From IMG/VR virus record IMGVR_UViG_3300037261_000033, positions 28,203 to 92,202 of that record: a DNA stretch of 64,000 nucleotides; one strand, written 5' to 3'. Every line of letters starts with the position of its first letter. Position 1 is the stretch's first letter. This DNA is from a virus. Below are positions 39,645 to 49,615 of this stretch, one piece after another. Both the position numbers and the translations under genes were made by a program. The notes below the pieces were generated by a model. It saw only the letters and a list, made by a program, of their open reading frames with translations, ran no database searches and was not told where the DNA came from.

Positions 39645-39914
39645 CTAAAGCTGCTCCGTCTCTTCTGCCGGTACGATCGATATGATTGCGAAGCGCGGAG
39701 ACAGTACGGATGGACTCCGTTCCCCGTCTTGAATGCTCGTGATGCGGAATACCAAATGCGCGTCGCTGTATTGCCCCCTGAACGGATCGAACTCTCGCAC
39801 GCATATCGTCTCGTTCATTTGAAAATTCTCGTTGAGCCGCAGTAAAAACGTCTGCTCGCCGCTTTTCAGTTTCGCGAACTCGGCAGAATCGGATTTCAAA
39901 TCGTGCATCGCCAT
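39645..39914 (-). CDS. DUF3850/ASCH-like protein
   Basis: HDLK...F....SG.QTF.LR...F...E....REFD. Confidence 0.6.
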   Translation of the reverse strand: MAMHDLKSDSAEFAKLKSGEQTFLLRLNENFQMNETICVREFDPFRGQYSDAHLVFRITSIQDGERSPSVLSPRFAIISIVPAEETEQL

Positions 39915-40157
39915 TTTATTTTTCCTCTGGATTCGCCCGAAGCCAATCGATTGCTTCTTGCGTGTTCCCAACGTCTCGCCAGTCAACCGCGTTGTCGCTG
40001 ATGATACCGTGATTTTGAAGCGCGTTCATTGCATCGCATTCCGTCCTCCCGTTCAAAACGTCGGCGGGGATTTTCGTTCCGCCGCCCGTGATACTTGCGG
40101 GTTCAATCTCCGATTTCAGTTTCTTAAACTGCTCTACGAAAGTTTTTGAATGCCCGC

Positions 40158-40454
40158 TCATGCCGCCGCCTTTTCTTTTTTATCGTGCCCGTTCTCTTTT
40201 TGGCGCGCCTTTACGAGCTTCAATACTTGGTCTAGACATTCGTCCCGCGCCTCAAGAATATGAGAACAACGAGTCGAGTTAGAAGGCGTAGCGCCCGGCT
40301 GCGCGATTACTTTTTCGAGCCGGTAGGTGAAATTTTCGCAGCTACAGCGCCCGTTCCCATCGTATGCGTCTAATTCGACAAGGTGCTTTATCCCCGTCCG
40401 AGTATGACTGTCTACGTGCCAGCGTAAAGGTGAATCGTAACGCTTGGCGCTCAT
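40158..40454 (-). CDS. SWIM Zn-finger protein
   Basis: CSCENF...CSHI. Confidence 0.7.
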   Translation of the reverse strand: MSAKRYDSPLRWHVDSHTRTGIKHLVELDAYDGNGRCSCENFTYRLEKVIAQPGATPSNSTRCSHILEARDECLDQVLKLVKARQKENGHDKKEKAAA

Positions 40455-40694
40455 ACGATTTCATCTCCGCGGGCGGCGCTCGCTTCAAAGCAATCTGTGT
40501 GCGCTACGTGCTCAGCGTCTTCACTTCCCGCCTTCCATTGCGTCCAGCTTCGCGAGCCAATCGGCTTTCCGCAGATGTCGCAATCCGGTCGGATCGGTTC
40601 ACTCATTATAGACATTCCCATAAAAGCGCCGCGATGTATCGCCGTCCGTGCTGATCTTCTAAGAACCAAACGTGCGTTAAGACGAGACGCTTTT

Positions 40695-41282
40695 TCATGT
40701 CGTCATTGCCGGTATCGCTTGCGGCGCTTCCACGTAGAGAATACGGCCCGAGGCTTTCCCGCAAGCATGGAAGATGGGCTGTAGGTGTGGCTTTAGCGCG
40801 TCCATGATTTCCTGCTCCTTTTTATCCACGCGAATTTCGATGTTCGTGGTCGCTTCCGCTGATGCCACTTCAATCGAGAACGGCTTAATGAAGATTCGGT
40901 CAAGCAATCGTTGTAGTAACGCAACGGTCGCATCCGGCTTCCAATTCAGGTTTTCTTCAAACTGTGGCGGGATAACGAAGTCGCGCGGCGCGATCCTTGG
41001 CTGGTCTATCAGCATCACGCGTATCCGGCGCTGTTCGCGCGCACCGATGAAGTCAAAGATCGTTCGGATCGCCGTGATGTGCCGCCCTTGCGAGCCTGCC
41101 ACCTTCCCGTAATCCGCCCGGTTTACTTCTAGCTCGATCAAAATATTCGCCCCGCCTTGGCTCAGTGTCGTTACTCCGATGTCATCCGGGTAGCTCACAA
41201 ATGCGGCGATGATGTCAACGAGTAAATCCTCATCGGCGTTCGGTTCGCGCTTTTTTGGTTTCGCTTCGTTTTTCTTTCCCAT
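40695..41282 (-). CDS. KhpA-like KH-domain RNA-binding protein (tandem, second copy degenerate)
   Basis: FVSYPDDI...LEVNRADYGKVAGSQGRHITAIRTI. Confidence 0.75.
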   Translation of the reverse strand: MGKKNEAKPKKREPNADEDLLVDIIAAFVSYPDDIGVTTLSQGGANILIELEVNRADYGKVAGSQGRHITAIRTIFDFIGAREQRRIRVMLIDQPRIAPRDFVIPPQFEENLNWKPDATVALLQRLLDRIFIKPFSIEVASAEATTNIEIRVDKKEQEIMDALKPHLQPIFHACGKASGRILYVEAPQAIPAMTT

Positions 41283-41297
41283 GCTCGCATCTACTTA

Positions 41298-42146
41298 TCA
41301 GAAAATTACAGGGGTGCAATGCTGTCTCAATCTCCGGCGCATCGGCCCCGCTAACTGCGGATCGTCTATTAGTGGCTTGCTTTGTTTGCCTGACTCGTCG
41401 ATGCCGCCTTCAAAAAGCATCTTTCCGCTTACATTAGTCGTAATGATTAACGGTCGCAGTCGCGCTACCCGGCGATCCAAGACCGCGAAAAATCCTTGTT
41501 GTGTCGCCGGTGTTAGCCGTTTTGATAAATCATCGATTACCAGTATGTCCGGTGCGACCATTTTGTTCAATCGCTTATCGGTGTTAGCCGGGTCGCCGAA
41601 CGCCGCGCTGCATTCGTTTGAAAATGCAATGCCGTCTATTATGACCGCGCTCCGGTTGTGTTCGATGATTTCGCGATATAACATTTTGAACATCGTAGTT
41701 GTCTTCCCTAACCCTGTATCGCCGATTATCCAGAGTCCCTTGGGGCTGAATGTCCACGCTAACACTTCGCGTATTTTCACTCGATCAACGCTCGCCGGAA
41801 TCAAATCGATGTTGAACGGTTCTCGGAACTTGGCCGGGCAAAGTGTCCGCCACCGACCTTCCTTTTGCCGTTTGTGTAACTCCCGCACGGCTGCCGCTTC
41901 AATCTCCGCCGTTTCGCGTGCGCACTCCTTTGAACTTTCCGCCGTTATTCCGTAACGCTTACGGAAGGCTGCGATGTCCGCGCTAAGAGGCTGAGGGTCT
42001 TTCCCGCGATATTGTCCCGGCTCAACTCCGCGTTCTAGGTCTCGCTGCTTGCGGCGCGCAACTTCCTGCTCTAAGCGTGAAAACTCCGGCGTCGGCTCAA
42101 ACTCAGGTTCGGCTGTCGCTATGTTACTTTTTGCGCGCTTGCCCAT
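41298..42146 (-). CDS. DnaC/IstB-like helicase loader ATPase
   Basis: GDTGLGKT, LVIDDL, IITTN, RRL. Confidence 0.85.
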   Translation of the reverse strand: MGKRAKSNIATAEPEFEPTPEFSRLEQEVARRKQRDLERGVEPGQYRGKDPQPLSADIAAFRKRYGITAESSKECARETAEIEAAAVRELHKRQKEGRWRTLCPAKFREPFNIDLIPASVDRVKIREVLAWTFSPKGLWIIGDTGLGKTTTMFKMLYREIIEHNRSAVIIDGIAFSNECSAAFGDPANTDKRLNKMVAPDILVIDDLSKRLTPATQQGFFAVLDRRVARLRPLIITTNVSGKMLFEGGIDESGKQSKPLIDDPQLAGPMRRRLRQHCTPVIF

Positions 42147-42625
42147 TCTACTGTTCCCTATGCGCTCCGCAGAAAATAATTTTCCCACCGTGAACGCTTT
42201 TTAGTGCGCCACGCCCGCAAAATCGGTAAGTCTCTCCGGCAATTATTCTCCGGTGCATACACTTCGCCGCTTGGAATAAATTCTTCAACGTCATCGCATC
42301 CTTTTGGTTTAGTTCCTCTTGATGATCGCGTAGGTATTGTCGCGTCAACGTCATTTCTTATTTTCCTCGCTTTTTGTTTCCCACGGATGATCAGTCGTGA
42401 GTAGTACCGGCACCATTCTGTCGTACGCTAGATGAAGCCAAAGTGGTTCGCCAAGGTTCAACTTCACTAACTCTTCCGGCGTCGGCTTCCACGCCGTTAG
42501 AACAACCGGCTTGCCCTTGTCCCCGCCATAAGTCCCGATAAACCCTGCGATATCGGCGCACTCGCGTTCCGTCCAGCCTTCCGGCTTCGTGAATGTGATG
42601 TTCGATTCGGGAAAGCGTTGCGCGA

Positions 42626-43141
42626 TCATGATGTCCGTAGCCCCATAACTAGTCCCTCTCCGCCCGTGAATCGGAAGGCTACACAAGCATCAAATTGTTT
42701 AGGGTCGGCTTCTACTTCCGCGTTTGGAAGCGTCCAAATTAATTTGGCGTAATTGCGGTGAATTGTCGCCGCTCCAATCGTTACATTCCGGGTTCTATTT
42801 CTTAACCCCGTTCCGCTACAATGCCCGCATTGATGCGTCACCCCGCAGTTACATTTATGTTCCGTCGTACCGTTGCAGTAGCCGCATTTTTCAAACCACT
42901 CACTACACGGTTTCCAGTTCGTAATCTCATTATGCCGCCAACCTAGCGCAGCGATAGAACCAGATGTCGGAGTTAGGGGATGATAAGAAGCGGTAATTGG
43001 GGGATGGTCTGTAGCCGGAATCTTTAGAATGATTCGCGTATCCGTCGCGTAAACGAAATCACCGTCGCGGAACGGCTGCATTATTCCGGGCCTGCTCGCG
43101 TTAATTGAGCAAAATGGTTTTAGATCGATCATAGGTGCCAC
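42626..43141 (-). CDS. Hypothetical protein with CxxC ribbon
   Basis: YATD, CGYC...CGHC, FTGGEGLVM. Confidence 0.6.
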   Translation of the reverse strand: MAPMIDLKPFCSINASRPGIMQPFRDGDFVYATDTRIILKIPATDHPPITASYHPLTPTSGSIAALGWRHNEITNWKPCSEWFEKCGYCNGTTEHKCNCGVTHQCGHCSGTGLRNRTRNVTIGAATIHRNYAKLIWTLPNAEVEADPKQFDACVAFRFTGGEGLVMGLRTS

Positions 43142-43397
43142 TCCGTAATTTCAAACTCGTCCGGCTTAACTCCGAGTTTCTGTTTGTTATCCATCACGGC
43201 GCTAACCGCCCCGTGACTGTTTGTATACGCCGGGTAAAGCATCCCGCGTTCCGCAATTACTCCGCGCCATTCAGGTGACAGCGAGCGCATCGGTTCGTCC
43301 GCTTGAACTGCGCGCCTCATTCGGATCGTCTTAGGAACGCGGCCCATAAATCGCGCCGGATAGTCCTGCGATTGTAAATGTAACGCCGGGCAATCGA

Positions 43398-44114
43398 TCA
43401 TAGCGCGTTCTCCGCTGTAAGGTTTTTGTAATCCTCCGCTGCTTTCGCGTTCCGGTGTCCGTTGCGGTCGGTGTCCTTCTCTTCAAAAATACTTTTCCAG
43501 TTTTTGAAAATGCTGTGCTTAATGGCCGCGATTGCCCGCTCCGGCCCCCATTCCTGCATTTTCTTGATTTGTGCCCGCGCCGAACCTTCACTGAGTTTAT
43601 TTCTCCGCTGGCGGCAATGTTCCTGCCACTCGTCCCAAGCGTCTTGCATCTCCGGCGTATTCAGTGGTGGCGGTAAGTTCTCTGATGAAAATGAAAAAAG
43701 AAACGCCGTCTTTCCCTTAACTGGTTCCTCTTTGGTTTCTTTAATTGTTATAGTTTTGCCCGATTCGGCGCTTCCATTTGCCCTACAGGGCGCATCGAGA
43801 TGCCGTAGAAGGAATATGCTTTCGTCCTTAAAGGCATACCACAACGTCCTGTCATAACTGTTCGCGTTGAAGTTTCCTGTGATAATTATGTCAGCCTTAA
43901 CTAATTCTTCCAACGCCCGGCGAATCTGTTTCCCAGTGAGATACGGAAACATTTTTTGAAACGCCTTATTTGAATTGTAAGTCCACGTCCTGCCTTCGTG
44001 CTCATTTCTTCCGTTGGCTTTATTTTGAGTAATCCAAAACTGGAACTGGCAGAGGCAAATCGCAGGTAGTAGCCCGTATTTCTCGGCGTGCTCGATGTCA
44101 AAGGAGTGGTTCAT
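43398..44114 (-). CDS. Replication initiator-like protein
   Basis: HSFDIEHAEKYG, WTYNS, wHTH, DRTLWY; C-terminal AIKHSI..NWKSIF. Confidence 0.75.
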   Translation of the reverse strand: MNHSFDIEHAEKYGLLPAICLCQFQFWITQNKANGRNEHEGRTWTYNSNKAFQKMFPYLTGKQIRRALEELVKADIIITGNFNANSYDRTLWYAFKDESIFLLRHLDAPCRANGSAESGKTITIKETKEEPVKGKTAFLFSFSSENLPPPLNTPEMQDAWDEWQEHCRQRRNKLSEGSARAQIKKMQEWGPERAIAAIKHSIFKNWKSIFEEKDTDRNGHRNAKAAEDYKNLTAENAL

Positions 44115-44683
44115 TCTCCCGATTTGATTTGAGCTATATCGTCCTCTGACAACTCGAACCACTCTCCGCGCATTCTTTTGTTCTCGAAACGGCGATGTAA
44201 GTCTTGTTCGTCCCGCATCGAACCTTTTGCGATGTGGATAAATTCAATTTCCGGCTCTTCGGATTGAAGCGTTGCTTCTCGGGTCGCCGGTTGTGTTGAA
44301 AAACCGATTTTAATAAACCCATTCCGCTTGTTAAGGGCTAGGTAAATAAATCCTTGCCTGAATGAGCGCCTTTCTGACTCTCGTCTAATACCGCTAAATT
44401 CCCGGCGCGCCGCTTGCACTAATTCCCGCTCTTTGTCGGAAAGAAACGGGCACTCGTCTAACTCTCTTAAATCGCAACCCGATAGAGTTCTCAACCATCT
44501 CTCTCCCAGTCGGCTAATGCTCGCCGCCAAGTCGATTAACCTCTTGCATCTTTCCCAAATATGGCGCGCCTCTAATAAATCCTCATCGGTGAACTTTTCA
44601 TCCTCGAAAAACCAGCGAAAGGCTTCCCTAGAGAATTGATCTCGAAAAGCTTGCACGGCCTTACTCTCTGTTTCATCGCTCAT
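44111..44683 (-). CDS. GIY-YIG (T5orf172/MUG113-like) nuclease
   Basis: GFIY...IKIGFS...R...LQ...E..LH..F...R.RGEWF. Confidence 0.8.
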   Translation of the reverse strand: MSDETESKAVQAFRDQFSREAFRWFFEDEKFTDEDLLEARHIWERCKRLIDLAASISRLGERWLRTLSGCDLRELDECPFLSDKERELVQAARREFSGIRRESERRSFRQGFIYLALNKRNGFIKIGFSTQPATREATLQSEEPEIEFIHIAKGSMRDEQDLHRRFENKRMRGEWFELSEDDIAQIKSGE

Positions 44684-44765
44684 CTTCGTATTCTAAGTAT
44701 CCGCCGCGCGCGCCGAAAAGGAAAGGCAATTCTTCTACCACTTTTCTTCTCCGCATAACGCGCTC

Positions 44766-45506
44766 TCAAGTTCCCGAATGCTTAACGCTCGGTATAGCAC
44801 TCGCGTTACGTCGAAATATTGCAGGAACTGATTCAAGCTGCCGTCGGAGAGCTTTATTTTCTTGCCGGAGGGACGCAAGAGAGGCGTTGTGAGCGTTTGC
44901 GATCATCTCAAATTCGTCCACAAAATCTATCGACCCGGCTACGATCTTAGCGACCGTAGCACCCGTCCACTCTTCTGCTCCCGGCAGGGGAAAGGAGATA
45001 GGATGTGTAAGCCTGCTCTTGCAACGCGAGTGATGGAATTGAGTCCCGTTGCACTCTGGACATGCTCTCGACGAAACCCCACTTGCCTTATCGGACTCCG
45101 GTGCGTGCTCGGACAGAAGAAGTAGCTCAATGTCCGTCCGTCCAATCATAGCGCAGTAATCGAGAGATGGGGGGCCGTCACCTAAATCGTCATGCCACCA
45201 CTTTCCGTTGTTTAATTTCCACCCCGATAACTTGGCGAATTTAAGATTGAGCTGATCTTCGGTAAGTCGTGAGAGAGCCATCTGTAGGACGTGCGTGTTT
45301 CGCTCTGACGCAATGGGGGTTTCACTACACTTAGGGCATCCATCTCGGAAAAAGTATTTTCCGCCGTGAATTGCACAGGTTATCTCTCCTGCTGATTTGA
45401 TGTGTGCGATTTCGTTCTCTGCTATTAACTGCTTAATACGGTTAGGACCAGCGCCCATTCCGACTTCCTTTATGATTTGGTTTGCCAATTTGTCAGTGTC
45501 GCTCAT
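44766..45506 (-). CDS. Mosaic hypothetical protein
   Basis: Intact ORF, ATGA-coupled, with Cys clusters. Confidence 0.6.
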   Translation of the reverse strand: MSDTDKLANQIIKEVGMGAGPNRIKQLIAENEIAHIKSAGEITCAIHGGKYFFRDGCPKCSETPIASERNTHVLQMALSRLTEDQLNLKFAKLSGWKLNNGKWWHDDLGDGPPSLDYCAMIGRTDIELLLLSEHAPESDKASGVSSRACPECNGTQFHHSRCKSRLTHPISFPLPGAEEWTGATVAKIVAGSIDFVDEFEMIANAHNASLASLRQENKALRRQLESVPAIFRRNASAIPSVKHSGT

Positions 45507-46237
45507 TTCTTGTTCTCCTTTAGGATGGCGGTGATCTCATCAGCGGCGTGTCTCGCTGGAATGTCGGTATAATCTTCGTAGCCCGAGCGCATCAGTCTGA
45601 TAAATTCCATCGCCCTGCGCAGCGCCTTTACGAGCGCCAATCCTTTTGCCTGAATTGTTTCTCTTTGGTAATCAATCTGATGGTGAAAGTATTTCTCCTC
45701 CTCATCGAGTATCGCGGGAAGTGAGTCAGACTGGATTTGGGGAGACTCCGAGACGGGTGAGCTTTTCGATGCGGCAGGGACAGAAGAGGTTGGTAAAAGT
45801 GTTCCGTCACAACTCGCGCATCGCCCCATGCGCCATTTTCTGCTCCCTGCAAGCAACCAAGTCGTGAACGTTCCGCATTGCACGCACCTCATTTCCGAGG
45901 CGTCGGATAATGGATAACGCTCCTTCTGTCCGAGCACTTTAACGGAGTCCGATGGCGCTGCGGGGGTTTCCGCTGGAGGCGAAATCTCGGCTGAAAGATA
46001 ACGGCAAACGTATTCGGCTAACTCGCCATTTCCAGAGTGCTCGATTATGACACTCTCGATTGCGGCGAGCATCTTCTTGTTGTGGATACTCGGCTTCTTT
46101 GGCTGTTGCTTCTCCCACTCTGTTATGGCTGAGACAACTCGCTTGGTCATTACCTCAAAGTGTCCTTGGTTGAAAGGAATGTTTAATCCACCAAAACTTT
46201 CGACAACCTCTCTCGCTATTGCTTCCTTGTCTTTCAT
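45503..46237 (-). CDS. Mosaic hypothetical protein
   Basis: Intact ORF downstream of promoter-like 46255-46282. Confidence 0.6.
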   Translation of the reverse strand: MKDKEAIAREVVESFGGLNIPFNQGHFEVMTKRVVSAITEWEKQQPKKPSIHNKKMLAAIESVIIEHSGNGELAEYVCRYLSAEISPPAETPAAPSDSVKVLGQKERYPLSDASEMRCVQCGTFTTWLLAGSRKWRMGRCASCDGTLLPTSSVPAASKSSPVSESPQIQSDSLPAILDEEEKYFHHQIDYQRETIQAKGLALVKALRRAMEFIRLMRSGYEDYTDIPARHAADEITAILKENKK

Positions 46238-46290
46238 AATCGTTTCGTGCGCTAATTATCTCCGTTTACCGCGCTTTGTAAAGTGCTCAT

Positions 46291-46315
46291 TTTGAGTTAG
46301 CGCCGCACGGCGCTT
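46291..46315. repeat. Palindromic repeat copy (parS-like), intergenic
   Basis: TTTGAGTTAGCGCC-GCAC-GGCGCTT, just upstream of a TTTACA -35 box. Confidence 0.7.
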
Positions 46316-46546
46316 AAGCGCGCGGATTGCGCTACGCAGGCCTATGTAGGGGTTTCTTAAAAGGCTTTATTATTAACAACGCGCTCAATGTTACGTCGTC
46401 CGCTAGTTCTGAATCCGGCCTGCTTTTCAATTCCGCGAGCATTGCTACGGCGGTCTTGTATTCCAGATATGCCGCGACGCCCTTGCTTAATATGTGAGTG
46501 CGAATCTCTCCTATTGTGATGGCGGCTGTTTCCGCTGTTATCCGAA

Positions 46547-48400
46547 TCATGGCAGCGCTTCCTTAATAAATCGAGACGGCGCGCACTCTTTGTATTCCAT
46601 TCGCCCCCACGGTTCTCTGCGCGCCGCCGCCCACGTTATGCATAGCGTCCGCCTTGCGCGCGTCATTCCGACGTAGAAGATGCGCCGCTCTTCCGATAAG
46701 TCCGACCGGCGCGACGGTAACGTTCCCTCCTCGCATCCCGCTATAATTACGGTGTCGAACTCTTTCCCTTTCGCCTGATGCACCGTCGAACAGAAAACTC
46801 CTTCACCGACTGTCTCGTATTCGAAGTCCTGCGACACGGCCAGTACGACATCCGCCAGCGTCGCCTCTGGTATCATGTCCGCGATCATCCCGATTCGCTC
46901 CTCGCTCGCGAAGCTAATGTCGAGCCGCTTCAAGTCCCGGCCCAAACCAGCGACCGTGCATTCCAGTCCTGTCATGAACTGTTCGCGGAGGTTGATCTTG
47001 CCTAGCGCGTGCTGCTTCTCCGCGAACACCGCCGCGCTTGGGTTTACCAGCCGTATGAAACGGATGATCGAGTCGTCATTCCGCGCCTGCAACATCCGCA
47101 GTGCCGCCTTCGCTTTCTTCCAGTCTTCCGGCAGGTTCGGCTTCACTCTCCGCCGCACGGGTATCCGGTGCGCCTCTAAAGTGTCCGCGATGTTCTCCGC
47201 GATTGCGTTTGTCCGCGCCAGAACAGCGAAGTCGCTCGGCTTTACTCCCCACGCTTCGATAACTCTCGGTTCTTCCGTTCCGAGTTGATCAAGCGCCAGT
47301 TTGCTCATAATCGCTGCCGCTATCCCCACGGCTTCTGCCGTGTCAGAATCGAACGCTTGTGCACTAACCGTAGAAACGGGCGCGCGACCGTCCGTTAAGT
47401 TCGCGGGAGGTTTTTGCGCTCCATCTTTAGCCGTTTCCGTCGCGGCTTCGGTTCCGACTAATGATACCATCGTCTTCGGTATCCGGTCGGCGTTATGCTC
47501 AATGAGTCGCTGAGCCGCCGCGCATATCTCGGGACTACATCGAAAATTCCCTTCGAGCTTAAGTAATTCCCATTCTGGTGACTGCGCCAATTCCAGTACG
47601 CCGGTAATATCCCCTCCCCTCCATCCGAAGATAGCCTGATCACTGTCGCAGACTATAAATCTGTTCTCCGTTTGAATGGCCGCGTAAATCTCCATGTCCG
47701 TGCGGCTACTATCGTGCGCCTCATCAACAAATAGATGTTTCCATTCGCGCTGTCGTTCTTGCCCGACGCAATAAGGACAAGTGATATAGCCTTTCTGTCC
47801 GGGTATCGTTACAGGAGTGACTTCAATGGCTATTCTCTTTGTGTCGCCACATTTTTCGCAGCCGACGCGAACTAAATGCTCTAACGCCTTTGTCAGAATA
47901 GAGTTGAAGTCCAGCGCGCGCGTCGCCTCCATTTTTCGGTAGTAACTCGCGACCGCGATTTGCACCGGCCCTTTCGGTAGGAACTGTTCGCGCAACCAGT
48001 TTTCACGGCATAACTTTAATTCCTTCTCGCTCGCTTTAACGCCCGCCGCCTTCGCGCGTCGCAATAGTTCCTCGTCCGCCTCTTCCTCATCCAGCACGGT
48101 CACGTTCGTGAACCCCGCGTAGGACTGTAGGTGCTTGAGGCAAAAAGAATGGAGCGTACCAACAAACCCTAGGTTGATCGCGAACTCGCCGCTCGCAGGA
48201 TGTAGCCGGTCGTGGATGACGCGCGCCGCCTCGTTCGTGTAAACGATTACACAGATGTCTCCGGGTTCGACTCCGTTTTGTATCAGACGCAAGATGCGCC
48301 AGACAAGAGTTTTTGTTTTCCCGCTACCCGCTCCGGCGACGCAAAGAATGAACCTCGCCACGCTGTCGATTACCGCTTGCTGCTCCGATGTCGGTTTCAT
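46547..48400 (-). CDS. UvrD/PcrA-like SF1 helicase
   Basis: AGAGSGKT, VDEAHD, DQAIFGWRG, NFRC, STVHQAKGKEF, EERRIFYVGMTRAR. Confidence 0.93.
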   Translation of the reverse strand: MKPTSEQQAVIDSVARFILCVAGAGSGKTKTLVWRILRLIQNGVEPGDICVIVYTNEAARVIHDRLHPASGEFAINLGFVGTLHSFCLKHLQSYAGFTNVTVLDEEEADEELLRRAKAAGVKASEKELKLCRENWLREQFLPKGPVQIAVASYYRKMEATRALDFNSILTKALEHLVRVGCEKCGDTKRIAIEVTPVTIPGQKGYITCPYCVGQERQREWKHLFVDEAHDSSRTDMEIYAAIQTENRFIVCDSDQAIFGWRGGDITGVLELAQSPEWELLKLEGNFRCSPEICAAAQRLIEHNADRIPKTMVSLVGTEAATETAKDGAQKPPANLTDGRAPVSTVSAQAFDSDTAEAVGIAAAIMSKLALDQLGTEEPRVIEAWGVKPSDFAVLARTNAIAENIADTLEAHRIPVRRRVKPNLPEDWKKAKAALRMLQARNDDSIIRFIRLVNPSAAVFAEKQHALGKINLREQFMTGLECTVAGLGRDLKRLDISFASEERIGMIADMIPEATLADVVLAVSQDFEYETVGEGVFCSTVHQAKGKEFDTVIIAGCEEGTLPSRRSDLSEERRIFYVGMTRARRTLCITWAAARREPWGRMEYKECAPSRFIKEALP

Positions 48401-49186
48401 TTGACGTACCACTTCCTTTCTTGCGCAGTCAGCTTGCGCGCTTCCCATCGGCTGATTGTTGTTCGCGGCTCCCGGTTTTCGTTCTCTACCTTATTCTTCG
48501 TCTCGTGCTCGCTGCCAGCGTAAATGAATCTCTCTCCGCAGAACACCCCCCAATCGTTTTTGTAATGGCGCGGCCCAACGTCTGCGCGCCGCCGTCTTAT
48601 GCAGTTGTGCGGCTGGTTAGGTCGCCGCAATGGTCGCTGACAGTTGCGACATTTGAACTTTCCCGGTTTGCTCATTTTGCTTGCACTGGCACTCCACCTG
48701 TGTTTATCGTCTCCCCGTTCATGAATAAACCTGATGGTTGGATAAAGCAGCGGCCGCACTTTTTCGTAAAGAAATTGATGCGGTCGTTTGCGTTGTAGGG
48801 TGTCATTTCCTCAGAGGCTCATCCGACAGAAAATGAAATCTCCATGCGATTCTTGTGCATGTGCTCAATAGTGAGCCGCGCTACTGCCCTCCGACAGGCT
48901 TCCTTGTAATCGCGATCCTCTCCGCCGCCGCTCGCGTACTGGACGATGTAAAGTTTTCCATCCTCCTCCTTGTCGCGCTTAATGAAACACGTTAGGTCTT
49001 TATTCTCGCGGTAGCTCTCCGCGAAGTCCGCTAGCCGGTCGAGACTGAGTGCCGGTTCAAGCCTTAACGCTTCCTTGATGATTCGCTCAGGTTCGGCGCG
49101 AAGTGCTTTGATGAATGCTTCTAGTTCGCCTTCAACTTCATCTCGTCCGAACGTTGAATTATAGCCGCAAAAAAGTCGGTAACTTG

Positions 49187-49420
49187 TCATGGCCGGTGCG
49201 TTACGATAAAGTCCGGCGCGTCCTTCTCTAGTGCGCTGAAACTCTCTTTAATGTAGTTATGAAGCGGCGCGTTCTGTCCGGCCTTGTCTCGGTAAACTCC
49301 GTTGTCCCACAGCCAAAGAAGATATTCGCTTGGGATATCTTCGAGCTTGCGATGATCCCCTTTTGTCGGCCCGTATTTTCCCCACGGCATCGTGTCCGAG
49401 TCTGTTAGTGGTTCGCTCAT
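49187..49420 (-). CDS. DUF3820-like small protein
   Basis: MPWGKY...LEDIPSEYLLWL. Confidence 0.7.
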   Translation of the reverse strand: MSEPLTDSDTMPWGKYGPTKGDHRKLEDIPSEYLLWLWDNGVYRDKAGQNAPLHNYIKESFSALEKDAPDFIVTHRP

Positions 49421-49615
49421 AAGCTTGTTATTCCAGCGGCTCGACACCGCTCCACCATTCGCGCAGGTAGTAAAGTACGTAGTCACGCCAGCGGAGTTTT
49501 CGTAACGTAACCCGCGTCGCGGATTCCACGCTTGCTATCCGCATCCGTTTTCCATCCGAGAACGCCACTTCCTCGCCGATATCAAAGCCTTGGTCGAACT
49601 CGGTCGTTAGTGTTG

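Noticed and set aside
989-46334. Genome-wide TAG reassignment
   Set aside because: Long genes contain no internal TAG, and TAG ends the SNF2, HNH and terL genes at plausible C-termini.
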